A stretch of 63,716 nt of DNA, filler included, from Thraustochytrium aureum (taxonomy: Eukaryota): NCBI GenBank assembly GCA_012862495.1. It is 8 parts of 5 records of this genome, joined end to end, with 100 filler letters (N's around TTAATTAATTAA, not from the genome) between each part and the next. Parts side by side here need not be neighbours in the genome. Positions count along the whole stretch, not along the records: positions 36,821 to 49,344 come from BLSG01000176.1; positions 49,445 to 61,849 come from BLSG01000176.1; 6 more parts are not named here. The stretch is one strand, 5' to 3'. Position 1 is the first letter of the stretch, and the number at the start of each line of letters is the position of its first letter. Of this stretch, positions 46,901 through 58,460 are shown in pieces. The notes beneath the pieces are model-generated. The model had not been told where the DNA came from and made no database searches. It saw only the letters and a program-made list of their open reading frames with translations. The translations under genes were made by a program, and so were the position numbers.

Positions 46901-49344
46901 GGCCCCGAGGCTCGCGCGTCAGCAAAGGAGTCCAGGCGGTCACTGGCGGCGCTGCATTTTTTCTCCTTGTACCAGATCAAGGATACAATCGAGGCCGCGG
47001 CCTTCTTGGACGCGATGGGCGACGACGAGGCGCTGGCCCCTCTGCTGTTTGACCCGCTGCTGAACTTTTTCCGCGTGCAGCGCGCCTACAACCGCGACTC
47101 GAAGAGGCGCTGGACAATCCCAGCGCACCTTCGAGAGAAGCTTGACAGCATACTTAGCGCTGGCCGACTCGAGGCAGCGTACCTGAGCAAAGAAATGCGC
47201 GTCGAGTTCGAGGTGAAAGACTCGATTTCTTTCACAGTGCCCAGCCTCTCGCTCAAGGGTCGCGCAGACATCAAAGAGCAGCGCGCGCAGCGGCTTGAGC
47301 AACAGCTCATGAATGCGGAGGAGTGGTCGCAGCAGCGGGCTACTTGGTTTCCCGCGCTTCCGATTGACAAGCGACTGGCCTACTTGACGACGCCGGACGC
47401 GTTCCAGTTCCAGCAGAGCCGGCTCACGATGCAGAATGTGCAGGTATACCTCAACGCTGTGCCAGAAGAGGCAGGCGCCGAGCTCCGCCTCGTGATCCAG
47501 CTCGTAGTGCCAGAGGTCAACCGCCGCTTGAACGCACTCGGTGTCCCAGCCGAAGTGATGGCGCTCGATCCACGCCTGTTAGACGCGGGTATGGTGTCGC
47601 TGCGCGACACCGGCCACAGTACTGGCTCTTCAAGCGCAGTGAACGAGGCTGCAAAGCAAACGCGCACAGGCCAACAGCTTGTCGCACTCCTTGGCGCTGC
47701 TCTGGGCAAGCAGCAACAGCTCCAGCTCGAAGAGCACCTGGAGGCGGTTCGTTCCTCGAGCCCATTCATGATTTGCCTAATCGGCGACAGCTTTGGGCAG
47801 CTGTTGGGGGAGGAGACAAGCCGCGCGAGCGCATCGTGGTCGCCGACGAAATGCGCTCGGTAGCCTCAGAAGAGAGGCGCGTCGGCTTCCTCGCTCGACC
47901 GTCGCAGCCTACGCAAGCGCTAGCTTACTTTCGCAGGTCGCGCGGCGCGTCCTTCGTCGCCCCCGAGCCGTCGCGAGGCTCGGAGGTCGGCGCAATCCCA
48001 CAAGGGCCGAGCTCCTCACGAAACTACGTGGGCAACCTCAAGCTCCGCGCAAGGTTCGAGCGGGAAAAGCGCGCCATCAAGGCGCACCCGTACGTCAAAA
48101 GCGCAGACTACAGTATGCCGAGGTCAAGCACAAGCTCGGCCTGGGCCGCCGAAGTGGCCGACACGGAGCGCGACTTTGTCGCCATGGTGGCGGAGGATCT
48201 CGTGTTCAAGCTTTCCATCGAGTTCCCGCCGCGCCAATCGCTCCGCGTGNNNNNNNNNNNNNNNNNNNNNNNNNNNNNNNNNNNNNNNNNNNNNNNNNNN
48301 NNNNNNNNNNNNNNNNNNNNNNNNNNNNNNNNNNNNNNNNNNNNNNNNNNNNNNNNNNNNNNNNNNNNNNNNNNNNNNNNNNNNNNNNNNNNNNNNNNNN
48401 NNNNNNNNNNNNNNNNNNNNNNNNNNNNNNNNNNNNNNNNNNNNNNNNNNNNNNNNNNNNNNNNNNNNNNNNNNNNNNNNNNNNNNNNNNNNNNNNNNNN
48501 NNNNNNNNNNNNNNNNNNNNNNNNNNNNNNNNNNNNNNNNNNNNNNNNNNNNNNNNNNNNNNNNNNNNNNNNNNNNNNNNNNNNNNNNNNNNNNNNNNNN
48601 NNNNNNNNNNNNNNNNNNNNNNNNNNNNNNNNNNNNNNNNNNNNNNNNNNNNNNNNNNNNNNNNNNNNNNNNNNNNNNNNNNNNNNNNNNNNNNNNNNNN
48701 NNNNNNNNNNNNNNNNNNNNNNNNNNNNNNNNNNNNNNNNNNNNNNNNNNNNNNNNNNNNNNNNNNNNNNNNNNNNNGGAGGATCGCCGGCGTCGCGGGA
48801 CCTCTCTCACCCTACTGCGCCTCGGCGTCGAGCTGCTCAACGCGTTCCCGATTGCGCACCAAAACCCCGAGCTCCTCCCGCCAACGGGCGACCTTCTCCG
48901 GTTCCGAACCGTCCAGATGTGGTGGCACAAGGTCCTTGCCAAGGTCTCCGACCTCGCCCTCTCCATGCACACTCGCCCAACAATCGTTATCGACAATCTC
49001 CTCGAGGGGATAGAAACACTCGACGTGGGGGGCAAACCTGCGTCAGCAGAGGAGATCTGGGAGAGCTTGTTGCCTTCGCAGTACGGCCGGCGTGTCCCTC
49101 CCGGGCTCACGATGATCGCCGCTGCGCTCTCGACGGGACAAAAGTTCCAAAGGCTGCAGGGCAAGTCTCGCATTGACGCAACGGTGCGCTTCCGGCACTT
49201 GGTACTCCCGAGCATCGACAGGGACGAGCGCACGGAGATCGTCAACACGCAACTTGAGCGCCATGGCGTTCGTCTACAGCCGCGCTTGATGAAGAGCGTG
49301 CTGCGCAAGCGCTTTTCTGGCAACCCGCTGTACCTTCGTCTTTT
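37993..49344 (+). CDS. Giant multidomain STAND/NACHT (NLR-like) protein: Nudix-like, TCAD9/APH-like kinase, NACHT, HEAT repeats, DUF4062-like, second NACHT-like; two gaps, several frameshifts, 3'-truncated
   Basis: Nudix-like ~38320-39055 (WG..KTKPVSALYSE, GENVFNGAKRSVEKE, SPSFPGL). Kinase ~39590-40710 (GGFSGS, VVKLD, HADLNGQNIL, VIDF, DILKLE). NACHT Walker A GGAASGKS at 41629, Walker B LLLDGLDE at ~41880, VSSR, NPLML. HEAT-like helices ~43300-47000. VQVYLN...VPEVNRR...SPFMICLIGDSFG ~47430-47800. IVIDN...ERTEIV...SGNPLYLRL 48780-49340. Confidence 0.75.
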
Positions 49345-49444
49345 NNNNNNNNNNNNNNNNNNNNNNNNNNNNNNNNNNNNNNNNNNNNTTAATTAATTAA
49401 NNNNNNNNNNNNNNNNNNNNNNNNNNNNNNNNNNNNNNNNNNNN
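49345..49444. other. Artificial scaffold spacer
   Basis: TTAATTAATTAA at 49389-49400. Confidence 0.97.
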
Positions 49445-52355
49445 TGCGACGCTCGAGGCGGCGCAAGCGGGCGATCCGGCGGCCAGGGTTCTCGCCAAGG
49501 AGGAGGCGCTCGTGTTTTGCAGGACGTGGTGGAAGACGCCAAAGCGCGCCTGGCCAATCCGGCTCGCGCCAGCTGCCTACAAGGACAAGTCGATCTAATG
49601 GCGAGCAGCCTGAGGTCTATTGCCGCCGCGCTGCAGCTCGGCGACACAGGAGACGCTCTGGAAGGCGCTGAGGCCGACTGGGCGGACGACGAGGAGGGCG
49701 ACAACGCAGCAACCGACGTCCTCGTTGGTTGGGGCGAGCAGCTCGGCTCCGGAGAGTGCATTGTCCTGGAGGACCGTCACCGCATCGCATCTGTGGCTTG
49801 TAACGGGCAGCGCGGCTTGTACGTCACGTCAGCCGGCGATGTCTTTAGCATCGGGGACAACGGGACAGGAGACCCGAGCCCCGCGTCTCGCCGCGCCGAC
49901 GAGGCCACGACGCCCAAAGTCGTCGGCGAGCTCGTGCTCGAGCGCGTTCTCCTAGGGCGCCGCGTGGTGTTTGTGGCGTGCGGCCACCTGCACAGCTGCG
50001 CCTTGACGCAGGGGGGTCGCCTGTGGTCGTGGTGAGTTGCTCTTGCCTCGCTTGCTTGTCAGGGTTCCGGCGATGCAGTAGCTGACCGCGGCAAGGCGCC
50101 TCTGTTCGGCCGGGTAGGGGTTGCGGTGAGTTCGGTCGCCTTGGTCACGGCGACGAAGCGGACCAGCCAGCCCCGCGCCTCTGCGAGTCGCTCCTGAACT
50201 GGCACGTGCGGGCGGTGGCATGCGGCGGCGCGCACACGGTCGCCGTCGTGTCCCCGTCCCGCGTCTTTAGTTGGGGCCTTGGCAGGCACGGCCGCCTCGG
50301 TCTTGGGCTGACCGACCAGGCGCAGCGGTGTTTGCCGCAGCTCGTCGACGTCGACGGCCATGCTGCGACCCTCGGCGACGCCTACAGCGGGCTTTTCGGG
50401 ACCCCTATCCCTAGACATGTGCAAGAGGCCATTGACGAGCCCATCGTTGCCGTCGCGTGCGGCTGGGCGTTTACCGTTCTCCTCGGAGCCCGAGGGACCG
50501 TGCGGGCCTTTGGCGCGGGCGTTGACGGCCAGTGTGGCGCCGAGCCTGCGAAAAACCGCGGGCGGCCTGTCCTCGTGCGCGGCCTCGCCGGCCAAAGCGT
50601 GGTGCACATCAGCTGCGGTTACCACCACGCTGTTGCGGTGACCGTCGATGGCCACATCTTCACCTGGGGCATGGGGGAGGAGGGACAGCTCGGGCTCGGC
50701 CCGCAAGTGCGCGTCGCGCATGAGCCGACTCTGGTGCACATTGGCGCGGCCCCCGCAGCGAGCGCTGGCAGCGGCAGTGACAGCAGCCTCGACGCGCCGC
50801 TGCGGGCGACGTTTGCGGTAGCGGGGCAGTTTCACACGCTTGTCGCGGTTGATCAAGGCGCGCTGTGGGGCTGGGGCAGCAACGTGCACGGGGCCGTCGA
50901 CGCGTCGGTGGAACGAACGGTGTTCTGGGAGCCGCGCAAGGTCGCCGCCAAGGCGACCGCGCTTCGCCGCGGCGTAGCGGTGGAGACGCTAAAGCATCTC
51001 GGCGCTGGCGCTCACTTCACCGTGGCGGTGCGGGGGCTTCGGGGCGAGGCATCGCCGCGCGGCGACTTGCCAACCGCATTTTGGAGCTCGGAAGGGGGCG
51101 CGCCTGTGCCGGATCCAACGGATGGGCTCGGCGTCCGCGCCCCGCGCACACTCGGCCGGCTCGCCGCAGATGTCGAGCTGCGCGCGTCAGCAGCTCTGGT
51201 GCCGCAGATCAGCACCGGGTCCTTTTGCGGAGGGCGAATCGGGTTTTGGGAGGCGGGCAAGTACTTGCCGAGAATCGGAGTGTTGACCAGCACCGGGCTC
51301 CTCGAGCTCTACAAAGCGCTCAATGCCAGCGTGCCCGAGCGCATTGTGTCCGTGCACGGGCACGACGTCGAGGTGGTCTGCAAGGGGCGGGTTATGGAGG
51401 CTTGGAGGGCGCGACCCCGAGAGGAGTACACGCTGCTGCTCCGCGTTCGGCTCAATTCGCGAGCTGAAGCTGCGGCGTGGGGTCACCACCTCTCCAAGCA
51501 CGCGGCGGCCGGCCAGCAGGTGTACCGGAGTAGCCTTGACGCGAGCGGTGTCGGGGGAGTTGCTCACCAGTCGAGCCCTGTGCGTTCGCGCCGCGCGGCA
51601 TGGCGCTCGGCCATCGGGAACCAGCTCCGAATCACTCCTGAGCTGTTTATGATCTATAAGGAACGGGCAACGCGGCAAGAGGGGATCGGGATCGACATTC
51701 GGCGGACCCTTCCAGCGCTGCTCTTGTTTGGAAAGCGCGGGGAGCCGCTCTACGAGCAACTGCGCGAGGTGCTCGAGGTGTACCAGAGCTACCGCCCGGA
51801 CGTGGGTTATGTTCAAGGCATGTCATACCTTGCGGCGATGCTGTGCTTGCACCTCCCCAACGACCCTTACGAGAGCTTTGTGTGCTTGGCCAATTTGCTC
51901 GTCTCCAACCACCTGTTTGACTTTTTCCGTTTGGGACAAGCATACGGTCGGGTCCAGCAGTTTTATGGAGTGGTCGACTTGATCTTGTCCAAGACCTCAC
52001 CGCAGCTCTGGCGGCACATAAACCAGCTTGGCGTGCTTGGTGAAGTGCACGTGGCTTGGTTCCAGTGGCTGCAGACGCTGTTTGTGCGTCGCCTGCCACT
52101 GGAGCAGGCCACCAACGCTGTTGGGACGCCTTTCTTTGCGACGGGGATTCAACTGTCATGTTTCGCGCTTGCGTCGCGGTCTTGCTTTGCATGGAGCGCA
52201 GCTTTTTGGCCATTTCGCAGCCGGAGGATGTGTTCCTGCTGCTTCGAACCTCGCACAGACTCGGAGACGACTTGCTGAAAAAGACGTTCAATGTGGTGCA
52301 GGTGCCCCGGCAAGCGCACGAGCGGCTCGCGACGCTGGCTGCTTGCGCGAGGTGA
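49445..52355 (+). CDS. RCC1-repeat + PH-like + TBC (TBC1D12/14-like Rab-GAP) protein; 5'-truncated; one intron; frameshift near 52113
   Basis: RCC1 repeats VACGHLHS, VACGGAHT, WGLGRHGRLG, ISCGYHHA, WGMGEEGQLG. TBC motifs IGNQLRIT, IDIRRT, YRPDVGYVQGMSYLAAML, RCWDAFLCDG. Confidence 0.85.
50032..50117 (+). other. 86-nt GT-AG spliceosomal intron
   Basis: GTGAGT donor, GCTGAC branch point at 50081, TAG acceptor. Splicing gives the RCC1 consensus LWSW-GCGEFGRLGHGD. Confidence 0.88.
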
Positions 52356-52437
52356 GCGCGCGGGCGGCGCCTTGTTTCACCGACTCGGGAGCACAACTAG
52401 TACACAGGCTGCGCAGCATGTACAGAAGGGTACAGTT

Positions 52438-53267
52438 TTATTTATAAAATAGAAAGAGCGGCGGCGCAGCGCAGCCAGTTGTGGTCCAACGGCGCCGGCC
52501 CTCGGCGTACCCACCCCTAGTGAGTCTCGCGCCGCCTCTCGAGGTCGTACTCTGGGAGTTCGCTGAGGTTGTCGTCGTCAATGTCCTCGCTGTCTCGCCT
52601 GTGCTATGATCCACCAGCGAGGCTTTCCGCCCGGACGGCAGTGCATCGGCTTTATGCACCGACGACCTCCTTCGTTGGGAGGCCTTGGGCGTGCGAAGCT
52701 TGAGCAATGAGCACTTGGCCATCCAGACTGTGGTTCCGACGGAGACAAAGTTTTGAGGCTTGAAACTGGAGACGGCCGCCTCGATTTCGTCTTCGGAAAC
52801 CTCGATGGGGGCCACAAAGTCGGGCAGGTCGACGAGGTCAGAGCCCTCGTTTGTGCACCATGGATGCGCCGAGATTGTCTCTAGCGAGAGGGCGATCTTG
52901 AACCGACTTCGTCATGATCCCCTTCAATAGGTCGATTAGCGGCGCGCTCAATTGCGAGCTCGGATACTCGATGTTTGCCCTGGATATCATCGTCACGAGG
53001 TCGTGCGCGCTTTCTGCAACAAAGGGGGGTCGCCCGGCGACCATCATGAACAGGGTGGCTCCTGCAGCCCAAACATCTGCGGCCTTGCCGTCGAACGTGT
53101 TGCCCGAGCACATTTCAGGCGCGATGAAGGCCATGGTCCCGTCCGTGCTGTTGATCATGCAGAGCTCGTCCTCCTTAAACATTTGTGCAACCCCAAAGTC
53201 GGCGAGGTACAGGCGGTCTGTCTTGGCCTCCACGAGAAGGTTGCTCGGCTTGAGGTCCTTGTGGATT
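52438..53267 (-). CDS. CaMKK/GRIK-like Ser/Thr kinase, C-terminal half; frameshift near 52891
   Basis: HKDLKPSNLL, ADFGVA, DGTMAFIAPEM, GKAADVWAAG. Removing one C gives RLSLETISAHPW...PIEVSEDEIEAAV. Confidence 0.82.
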
Positions 53268-54363
53268 ANNNNNNNNNNNNNNNNNNNNNNNNNNNNNNNN
53301 NNNNNNNNNNNNNNNNNNNNNNNNNNNNNNNNNNNNNNNNNNNNNNNNNNNNNNNNNNNNNNNNNNNNNNNNNNNNNNNNNNNNNNNNNNNNNNNNNNNN
53401 NNNNNNNNNNNNNNNNNNNNNNNNNNNNNNNNNNNNNNNNNNNNNNNNNNNNNNNNNNNNNNNNNNNNNNNNNNNNNNNNNNNNNNNNNNNNNNNNNNNN
53501 NNNNNNNNNNNNNNNNNNNNNNNNNNNNNNNNNNNNNNNNNNNNNNNNNNNNNNNNNNNNNNNNNNNNNNNNNNNNNNNNNNNNNNNNNNNNNNNNNNNN
53601 NNNNNNNNNNNNNNNNNNNNNNNNNNNNNNNNNNNNNNNNNNNNNNNNNNNNNNNNNNNNNNNNNNNNNNNNNNNNNNNNNNNNNNNNNNNNNNNNNNNN
53701 NNNNNNNNNNNNNNNNNNNNNNNNNNNNNNNNNNNNNNNNNNNNNNNNNNNNNNNNNNNNNNNNNNNNNNNNNNNNNNNNNNNNNNNNNNNNNNNNNNNN
53801 NNNNNNNNNNNNNNNNNNNNNNNNNNNNNNNNNNNNNNNNNNNNNNNNNNNNNNNNNNNNNNNNNNNNNNNNNNNNNNNNNNNNNNNNNNNNNNNNNNNN
53901 NNNNNNNNNNNNNNNNNNNNNNNNNNNNNNNNNNNNNNNNNNNNNNNNNNNNNNNNNNNNNNNNNNNNNNNNNNNNNNNNNNNNNNNNNNNNNNNNNNNN
54001 NNNNNNNNNNNNNNNNNNNNNNNNNNNNNNNNNNNNNNNNNNNNNNNNNNNNNNNNNNNNNNNNNNNNNNNNNNNNNNNNNNNNNNNNNNNNNNNNNNNN
54101 NNNNNNNNNNNNNNNNNNNNNNNNNNNNNNNNNNNNNNNNNNNNNNNNNNNNNNNNNNNNNNNNNNNNNNNNNNNNNNNNNNNNNNNNNNNNNNNNNNNN
54201 NNNNNNNNNNNNNNNNNNNNNNNNNNNNNCGCCCAGCAGATAGGGCGGACGCAGTGCGTCAAGCTGCGTCAACGTGGACGCACTGCGGTCGATCAGCCGG
54301 CGTGCGCGATCTTGCCAAGAGCACTCATTGTCGCATCGCTGGATGCGGCCTACGGACGCTGCG

Positions 54364-55721
54364 ATGCCTGCTCGATCGGGCCTGCGCGTCGGCGTGGTCG
54401 GCGGCGGCGCCTGCGGGCTGGCGTTCGCGAAAGTGCTCGCAGACCACGGCGTCAGTGTCAAGGTGTTCGAAGCGTTTGGACGCGTCGGGGCACGTGGTGC
54501 GTCGGCAAGGAGCGGTCCCAGCTGTACGCTGGACTGCGGACCAACTTGCCCAAGGAGCTCATGGCGTTTGGGAGCCTCGAGTTTGACAGCGGGCTGCCGT
54601 CGTTCGTCACGGCCAAGGACGTTGACGAGTACCTGACCAAGTTTGCGGCGGTGCATCGGCTGGAGAGGTTTGTGCAGCTCGGCGCACAGGTTTGCTCGCT
54701 CAGCCCGATCGGGAAATCCGAGAGCACGAGGTGGTCTGTGCAGTGGCGCGCGACCGGCCAAGGCCCAAGGAAAGACCATACCGAGGAGTTTGACGCCGTT
54801 GTCATCGCGAATGGCCACTTCAACAAGCCTCGAGTCCCGGCACGGCTCGAAGCTGCTGCAAAGGGATGGAAAGGCGCGATGCTGCACAGCATCGATTACG
54901 ACCTGCCTGAAACTTTTGCGGGGCAGGTGGTCGTGGTGGTCGGCGCGAAGAGCTCAGGGACAGATATTGCGCGAGAGCTCGACGGCGTCGCGGCCGAAGT
55001 GCATGTCTGCGACCCAAGCTGCCCAAGCGAGCCGAAAGTGCAATCCAAAGACGGCCGAGCGCAAGAGCTCGAGGAGCGCGGAGAGCGGTACTACGCTGTC
55101 CCGGGCACCAAGTGCGTGTTTTGGCGCCCCCGGCTCGTCGAGCTGGTCGAGGGCTCCCACGAGGTACGGTTCGCGCAGGGTCCACCCGTGCTTGCCGACA
55201 CTGTGATTTTCTGCACGGGTTATCAGTTTGAGTTTCCCTTTTTGCCCAAGGGCATTCTGAGCGTGCCTGGGCAGAAGCGGGTGAGGCCTATCTACAACGA
55301 GCTCATGCACGCCGAATACGCGACGCTTTTTTTTGCTGGGCTCAACCAGCCAATCGTGCCGTTCCCCTTCTTCGAAATGCAAGCGCGGTGGGTTGCGAGC
55401 CTGCTCCAGGACGCCGCACTCGTGCCCTCGCGGGAGCAGCGCTGGTCGCAGGTCAGGGCGGTCGACGCCATGGTCGAGAGCGGCGCGCTCCCAGCGAACT
55501 ACGTGCACGCGCTGCCGGACCAGTGGGCGTACCTTGAGAAGCTTGCGCGGGAGGCGCGCTTGCCCGACCTCGACGCATTGCTTGAGCGCTTTTCGTGCCA
55601 GCGACGGGCTTACCAGGAGCTTGGGCGGCTCCGCAGCGACTTGCCGGGCGCCAGCGACGACTACCGGGACATCAACTTTAGCGCTGTTATTGCGCGTTTG
55701 GCCGCCAAAGCCGCATTGTAG
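54364..55721 (+). CDS. Flavin-containing monooxygenase (FMO); frameshift near 54490
   Basis: VGVVGGGACGL (FAD), GGTW after adding one G, LRTNLPKELM, ANGHF, WKGAMLHSIDY (FMO motif), VVGAKSSGTD (NADPH), CTGY. Confidence 0.92.
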
Positions 55722-55748
55722 CGCCGCATTGTAACGCCGCATTGTAAC
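55710..55748 (+). repeat. 13-nt tandem repeat (GCCGCATTGTA[G/A]C) x3 that includes the FMO stop codon
   Basis: gccgcattgtagc gccgcattgtaac gccgcattgtaac. Confidence 0.9.
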
Positions 55749-56256
55749 ACTGCACGAAATCCAAACCGCTAGTTCAGACAACTCCCACTCACCAAAAAGC
55801 GAGCGCAGACAAGACCGGGCGCGGAACCCTCGGCCAGTGGCTCGCCTTGCCGCTCCCCGTCCCCGGGCCGCCGCTCCTCGTCGCGCAATTTTGCAACCAG
55901 TTGTCACAAACAGTTGGTGGTACGATGGACTGCCGTGATTGCATTCTGCGAATTGCGGAATGCACGTCTTGTATGCCACCGGGCCAACAGCGCATTGGCA
56001 TGGCGTGCGTCGTACCAGGGCAACTACTTCAACGCGGGCAAGGCCCGCCTCATCAGCAGATCAAATGAGGGCAGTCGGACCTTGGCTCGTGGCTTCGCGT
56101 CGCGCCGAAAGGAGAATCGATCGGGGGGAGCAGAGAGCCAAGTCGTGGAAATACGGACTTGCGGCAGTTCCCGAATCGAGAGCTTGATAGCAGCGGCAAG
56201 CCCAGCGCGGCGCAGATCGACAGCGACCGCGGGCCTCGGCGGCGCGGAGCAGCAGA

Positions 56257-56782
56257 ATGGGGTTCTGCACGACGACACTGGCATTCTTGCTTGTACTCGC
56301 AGGGTTTGGGGCCCCGGCCTGGACGGCCATAATCGCTGAGGTGAACGGTGAGCAGGCTATTCTCGGCTACAACATCTTCTACGGGACCGTTCAGCTGTCC
56401 GGGCCTGAACTTCCTGAAGCGGTCGACCTCGGCATCGCCTTCGAAGGGGATGAATTGTTTCTTGCGCTGCAGATCCTCGGAGGGTTCTGCGTCGCATTGG
56501 GGGCGTTGGCGGTCGCCTTTGCTTGCGAAGGAAGCGGCTACGCCAGGGCAGCTCAATTGGTTTTGTTCCTTTCCCTCGGGGCCGTGGCGGGCTTGTATCA
56601 GTTCACTGACTTTATGGTTGGCTACCGCGAAGAGGCCAAGCGGTGCGCGACTGACGCGGCGTGCGAAGTGACTGCCATTTCCACTTCCCAAGCCGGCGTC
56701 ACCGTGTACGGCATGTTTGCTGGTTACTTTGCCAGCGCCCTTGCAGGGCTTATGATGGGAGCCGCGTTTATCTTTTGCCCTC
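56257..56782 (+). CDS. 4-TM membrane protein, array paralog 1 (3' end in gap)
   Basis: APAW...GYNIFYGTVQLSGP...AFEGDELFLALQ...QFT...C..C...FAGYFA. Confidence 0.8.
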
Positions 56783-57746
56783 NNNNNNNNNNNNNNNNNN
56801 NNNNNNNNNNNNNNNNNNNNNNNNNNNNNNNNNNNNNNNNNNNNNNNNNNNNNNNNNNNNNNNNNNNNNNNNNNNNNNNNNNNNNNNNNNNNNNNNNNNN
56901 NNNNNNNNNNNNNNNNNNNNNNNNNNNNNNNNNNNNNNNNNNNNNNNNNNNNNNNNNNNNNNNNNNNNNNNNNNNNNNNNNNNNNNNNNNNNNNNNNNNN
57001 NNNNNNNNNNNNNNNNNNNNNNNNNNNNNNNNNNNNNNNNNNNNNNNNNNNNNNNNNNNNNNNNNNNNNNNNNNNNNNNNNNNNNNNNNNNNNNNNNNNN
57101 NNNNNNNNNNNNNNNNNNNNNNNNNNNNNNNNNNNNNNNNNNNNNNNNNNNNNNNNNNNNNNNNAGAGTTCTTGCACGCGAGTCCTTGGCGGCGAGCCAC
57201 TCGCCTTGTTCGCTGCGAGCTGGCATGATGTGCGTGGGGCTGGGCAAGGCACTGCTATGATCTGATCCTGTTGGCATGACGGCGCGCGCCATCCTTGAGC
57301 GCCGATGACCAACTTGAAGAGGACTCTGTCACCATTCTGCAAAGAGTCCTAGGTACGGGACGCCCTACGTGCACATGCGTGTGCTGGTCGTGCGTGTCGA
57401 TCATGCTCGTCAACCTCTCCCAGCGGTGCCGTGAGACTGGCGGGGGCGCGCTTTGCTGGCTTGGCCCACAGCCGCTCACACGAACTGGCGAAGAGGACAG
57501 CCTTGGAGCCGCGCGATGTTGTGGCGGGTGAGGGGCTGGATTGATTGCATCGGGCTTGTCGGCAGAGAACACAAGTGGGTGCGCAAGCTGAGCTCAACTT
57601 TGACGAATCTCCGATCTAGCAAAGCCTCGGGCGATCGGACGTGCTTTGGCAGTCCTCTTCGTCCAGTCCAGACGGAAGGCCTGACGAGCGCCGCACGCTA
57701 GCCTCGCGCGAGCGCAGTCGCCGCGAGGCAGCACCATCCGCCCGCC

Positions 57747-58460
57747 ATGGTGGCCACCGTGAACCTCATCAACACGGCCACCTTGGCACTGGTCATAGTC
57801 GCCTTTGCTGCTCCGAGTTGGCTCGGCCTGGTGGCCGAGACTGGGAGCGAACGCATTGTCGTTGGCTTTAGCATGTACTACGGGCCGGTTCAGTTGTCCG
57901 GGCCAAACCTCACAGGGATCGCCGCCAGCCCGGTTCTCGCGAGTGTTACGGGCGTCAGGGCAGCGTCCGACTTGGACAACTTTGTCTCCGTCGCGTTCAA
58001 GGACGACAAGGTGTTTCTCCTCACGCAGGTGTTCGGAATCGCCAGCCTCGTCCTCGCAGTGCTCCTTTTCGGGTTTGGATTTGTGGGCAACCCTCGCGCG
58101 CGGTTTATCGCGGTGCTGCTTTTCATGACGACGACGCTCTCGCTCGTCTTGTTTCAGTTTACTGGGCTCATGGACGCCTTCCGCGCGGCCGGAGACTTGT
58201 GCCTGCAAGACCCGAGCTGCACGACCTCGCTGTACGCTGTGACGCAGGGCGGCGCTACCTACTATGTCCTGTTTATCGGCTACGCCGCGGCATTTCTTGC
58301 CAGTGCCTTCGCTCTTCTCTCCTCGCAGTGCACGCCGAGTGAACAGGAGGGGTTTGTGAGCGCCAAAGTGGAGTCGTACAACTCGACGTACACCCCGGGA
58401 GGAGTCTATGCAGGGTCCCATAACTTCGCGTCAGCTGGCTATGGTCCACAGTACGTGTGA
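57747..58460 (+). CDS. 4-TM membrane protein, array paralog 2
   Basis: APSW...GFSMYYGPVQLSGP...AFKDDKVFLLTQ...QFT...C..C...FIGYAA. Confidence 0.85.
   Translation: MVATVNLINTATLALVIVAFAAPSWLGLVAETGSERIVVGFSMYYGPVQLSGPNLTGIAASPVLASVTGVRAASDLDNFVSVAFKDDKVFLLTQVFGIASLVLAVLLFGFGFVGNPRARFIAVLLFMTTTLSLVLFQFTGLMDAFRAAGDLCLQDPSCTTSLYAVTQGGATYYVLFIGYAAAFLASAFALLSSQCTPSEQEGFVSAKVESYNSTYTPGGVYAGSHNFASAGYGPQYV

Noticed and set aside
915..54495. Programmed ribosomal frameshifting or widespread pseudogenisation
   Set aside because: No shared slippery motif, both directions occur, sites are mostly homopolymers, and the proteins are otherwise intact.
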